The notes beneath the pieces are model-generated. The model was not told where the DNA came from. It did not search any database and saw only the letters and a program-made list of their open reading frames with translations. DNA of 64,000 nucleotides, taken from the NCBI RefSeq assembly GCF_021028975.2, contig NC_059425.1, forward strand, positions 65,224,001 to 65,288,000, read 5' to 3'. A program made the position numbers and the translations under genes. This DNA comes from Sphaerodactylus townsendi. Taxonomy: Eukaryota. Positions 61,441-64,000 of the stretch are shown piece by piece (the first letter of the stretch is position 1; each line of letters begins with the position of its first letter).

Positions 61441-61503
61441 GAAATTGTTGACAAATATGATGACAAAATTTGGGATGATTACTTCACGAAGTACTTTGAA
61501 CAA
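61441..61503 (+). CDS. CAPN14: CAPN14 coding exon 14 (EIVDKYDDKIWDDYFTKYFEQ)
   Basis: ttcag| acceptor, CAA|gtaagc donor, 63 nt. Confidence 0.9.
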
Positions 61504-62371
61504 GTAAGCATTTGTACTTTGTCAGCTGAAGAAAATGAACTGGCATCATTATAACTGTTCTATTTTAGTTGATTTGTGTAGATTTGTAGATTAAAAGAAA
61601 GGTTTCATATTTGGGAAGATAACGGCTCCTAGAGAAGATTACTTGAGGCCAATGCCAGTGAGAGAATCTTCCTGAGGTTATCAAGGAAAATTCATGTCTC
61701 AACCATCTATGCTAATTAAAATCCAGTATGCTACGCCTCCAACATGCCCCTTCAATTGTTCCTGGTCTACATATTCAACAGAATGATGTGGTACAGCCCT
61801 TCAAAATGCAGATGGGAGAATCAGTTGTTGGACTGCATTTGTTCATTATTCCATTCTGAAGTGGTGTAGCCAAAGGGGATTTATCATATGTTTCTTCTGC
61901 AAGTGTGACCTGTTTGTTAGAAAACAATAGACACTTGTGCTATGGGTTCACTATGTTTTTGGTACTCATTTATCAGGTTGTGGCCACTGGTTAGATGAAA
62001 GACCTACTGAACTTGCTTGCACCAGTTTTCCCATATTATACAGTTTCAGTGCAGTGTTTCTTGAAAATGTTATCTTGGATCTGCAGATACTTATTTCCAA
62101 TATATCAAATCATTGCCTAATAGCTGATAGCAGGAAGGGGGATAATAAAGAGACATAACAGGGTTCACATGCAGGATGTGATTTAGATGCTAAGCTTATG
62201 TGTGAGCATTTTTCCCTGCTGACAGGCAGTGCTTCCGCATGATGAAAAAGCTCTAGCTTTGGATGATGGATATTATAGAGCTTGGGCACGTGATATTTTT
62301 GCTTGATTGTTGACTCTAAGCAAAGATGGTGCTTAGCATTTAAGTCTTGCCTTTTGTCTCTTCCGCTCCAG

Positions 62372-62426
62372 CATCCTGAAATAAACGTTGTCCAGCTCCA
62401 ACGGCTCTTGAACATGGCCTGGACAA
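62372..62426 (+). CDS. CAPN14: CAPN14 coding exon 15, start of PEF domain (HPEINVVQLQRLLNMAWT)
   Basis: tccag| acceptor, A|gtaagt donor, 55 nt. Confidence 0.92.
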
Positions 62427-63804
62427 GTAAGTACAAGCTAGTTTGCTAAAACCCCTCTTTCTGTGGATTCACAAGTGAAATGTAGCAACGTTAATTTTCA
62501 ACTCAGCCTTATATGGATACCCAAAAGATGATTATGTTTCTCCTGTGACGCTGCTGATGTTGTAATACGGACTCCTGTGGCATATATTGAAATGCTAATA
62601 TTTTCACATCGTTAGGGTCAAACAAATATGATACTGCTGGGATACCTGTGAATTAATTTTCTGGATGTTTGAAGGGGGAATAGCAGCTGCCCAAGGCTGG
62701 GATGGGGAATGGGAGTACAATTAATTGGGAGAGACAGTAGCCTTTTCTCATCCTTTGCACATTTTCAGTTATTTCAGTTCCCTCCCACCACTGACTTATA
62801 CATTTATTTATAAAATTTATAAATTTCTATACATTTATAACAATTTAAGAAATGAAATGACATGTATTGTTCATGGACTTTGCAGAGTAGGGCTTCCCTC
62901 TCCTACCGAGTGCCCTGACATTTTGTTCCTGGGTGTCACTGGAAGGGAGAAATTGTCAGAAATTGCTACCCCAACTCTGGTTTTATTGCACAAAGCATTA
63001 TGGGAGCATTCTCTCCATTCTATTGTGGCTCTAATCTGACCTGGAGCCCCCCATTCATTATCAAATATGGAGGAACAGGCCTGCTTTGACCTGCAGGCTC
63101 TATTCTCTCAGGGGCTGCCAACTTCTTTTGTCACCACCTGTCCTTTGTAGGAATTTTCCACTGGGGAGGGTTAGGGCCCCCCAGCTTCCTTTCTAACTCT
63201 GAGGCCTAGCCTCTGTGTTCTCGCTTCCCCTCTCCTGGGTACCTCAGGGATGATTCACAACCTGGTGCGCCCCTGGAGGAATAGCTGCTTGCCAACGGCC
63301 AGTCTTTCTCCAGGCGCCCTTATTTTTCAATAGTGTGTCCAAGATGGCAGAGGTCTATGTTGTACAGAGAACAGCTACCAGCATCCAACATTTAAAAGTA
63401 TTTATTTTAAAAATGTTTAAAAGCATACTTTTAGCACAGCACCAGATGAAGCAAGAGATTCAAAAGAAATAAAGGATAAACGCAATTCCTCTATCCATTC
63501 CTCTATACATATCCTATCAGTTATTAAAACAGGACAGGCTCTTAAGCTTAGGATAAATGTTCCCTCTAATTTCCCCCCACCACTAAGCGAACTTCCCCAC
63601 CACTGACTGGAACTTTTGATGGTTTGAGCAAAAATATTTTCAATTCAAAGCTACTGTGTGGCATTCAACCTTTATCCTATCCAGCACATATATACAATTT
63701 TAAAAGCACTTTTCTATTGAGTCACTAGTGCATGACATGCACCTGGGTTAGATATATAAATAATTGAGCTTTTAAGGGACATCTCTCCATTTGAAGGGAG
63801 GAAA

Positions 63805-63972
63805 GTGCCCTCAAGTCACAGCTGGTTTCCAGGGATGTTCAGAGGTGGTTTGCCATTGCCTGCCTCTTCATAGCAACCATAGAAGTTCACCTACTCCCAT
63901 CCTAATACTAACTAGGGCAAACCCTGCTTAGCTTCCCAGCTTGAGCTAGCCTGGGCCATCTAGGTCCAGGCC
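63805..63972 (-). mobile_element. 5S rRNA-derived SINE
   Basis: ggtttgccattgcctgcctc...cccatcctaatactaactagggc..accctgcttagcttc; same family as 95-292. Confidence 0.75.
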
Positions 63973-64000
63973 AATGAGATTTCCTCCTGAGCATATATGC

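Larger units (their letters stand above)
28324..62426 (+). other. CAPN14: Calpain-14 gene span (15 coding exons in window; 3' penta-EF-hand exons continue beyond the window)
   Basis: The spliced translation has calpain motifs [56 protein letters not shown] and RIFSRK. It closely follows recalled human CAPN14 ([59 protein letters not shown]). All phases are compatible; 1672 nt with no stop. Confidence 0.93.

Noticed and set aside
28324-62426. CAPN13 or classical CAPN1/2 identity, or a pseudogene
   Set aside because: The motifs [22 protein letters not shown] and WELLSPKEKILL follow CAPN14. There is no frameshift or stop, and all splice sites are GT-AG.
517-63039. Most ORFs in the six-frame track as stand-alone genes
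   Set aside because: They are short, overlapping and often start at non-ATG codons. They fall in GC-rich TEs or are read-throughs of CAPN14 exons and LINE fragments, with no independent protein motifs.
63265-63282. CTCF motif
   Set aside because: The core is one G short of consensus spacing.

Overview
Vertebrate genomic DNA, not prokaryotic. The repeat content (tRNA/CORE SINEs with (CTT)n tails, Penelope fragments, many hAT and Harbinger MITEs) suggests a squamate, probably a gecko; this is an inference. The main feature is a + strand multi-exon calpain gene matching CAPN14. I traced 15 coding exons by hand from ATG 28324 to 62426. All have GT-AG introns and matching phases, giving an open 1672-nt frame (557 codons + 1 nt) with an intact Cys-His-Asn triad; the penta-EF-hand 3' end lies beyond the window. 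A candidate promoter and non-coding first exon sit at about 19890-20066. The rest is mostly transposable elements: a near-full-length L2 LINE (311-5229), a pol-less LTR retrotransposon in coding intron 2 (31258-35091), Penelope fragments with minimal hammerhead-ribozyme motifs, 5S- and tRNA-derived SINEs, and many TSD-bounded MITEs, some nested. There are two N-gaps. Main findings: (1) this CAPN14 lacks the PC1 Ca2+-site side-chain ligands and the Arg that couples the two core Ca2+ sites, but keeps the triad and the PC2 site; (2) a Penelope insertion duplicated the polypyrimidine tract of an exon; (3) intact hammerhead motifs occur only antisense to the gene; (4) a 43-bp pre-miRNA-like hairpin lies 20 nt after a splice donor, in the intron before a 12-nt micro-exon. 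Family assignments and reference residue numbers come from recall, not database searches.
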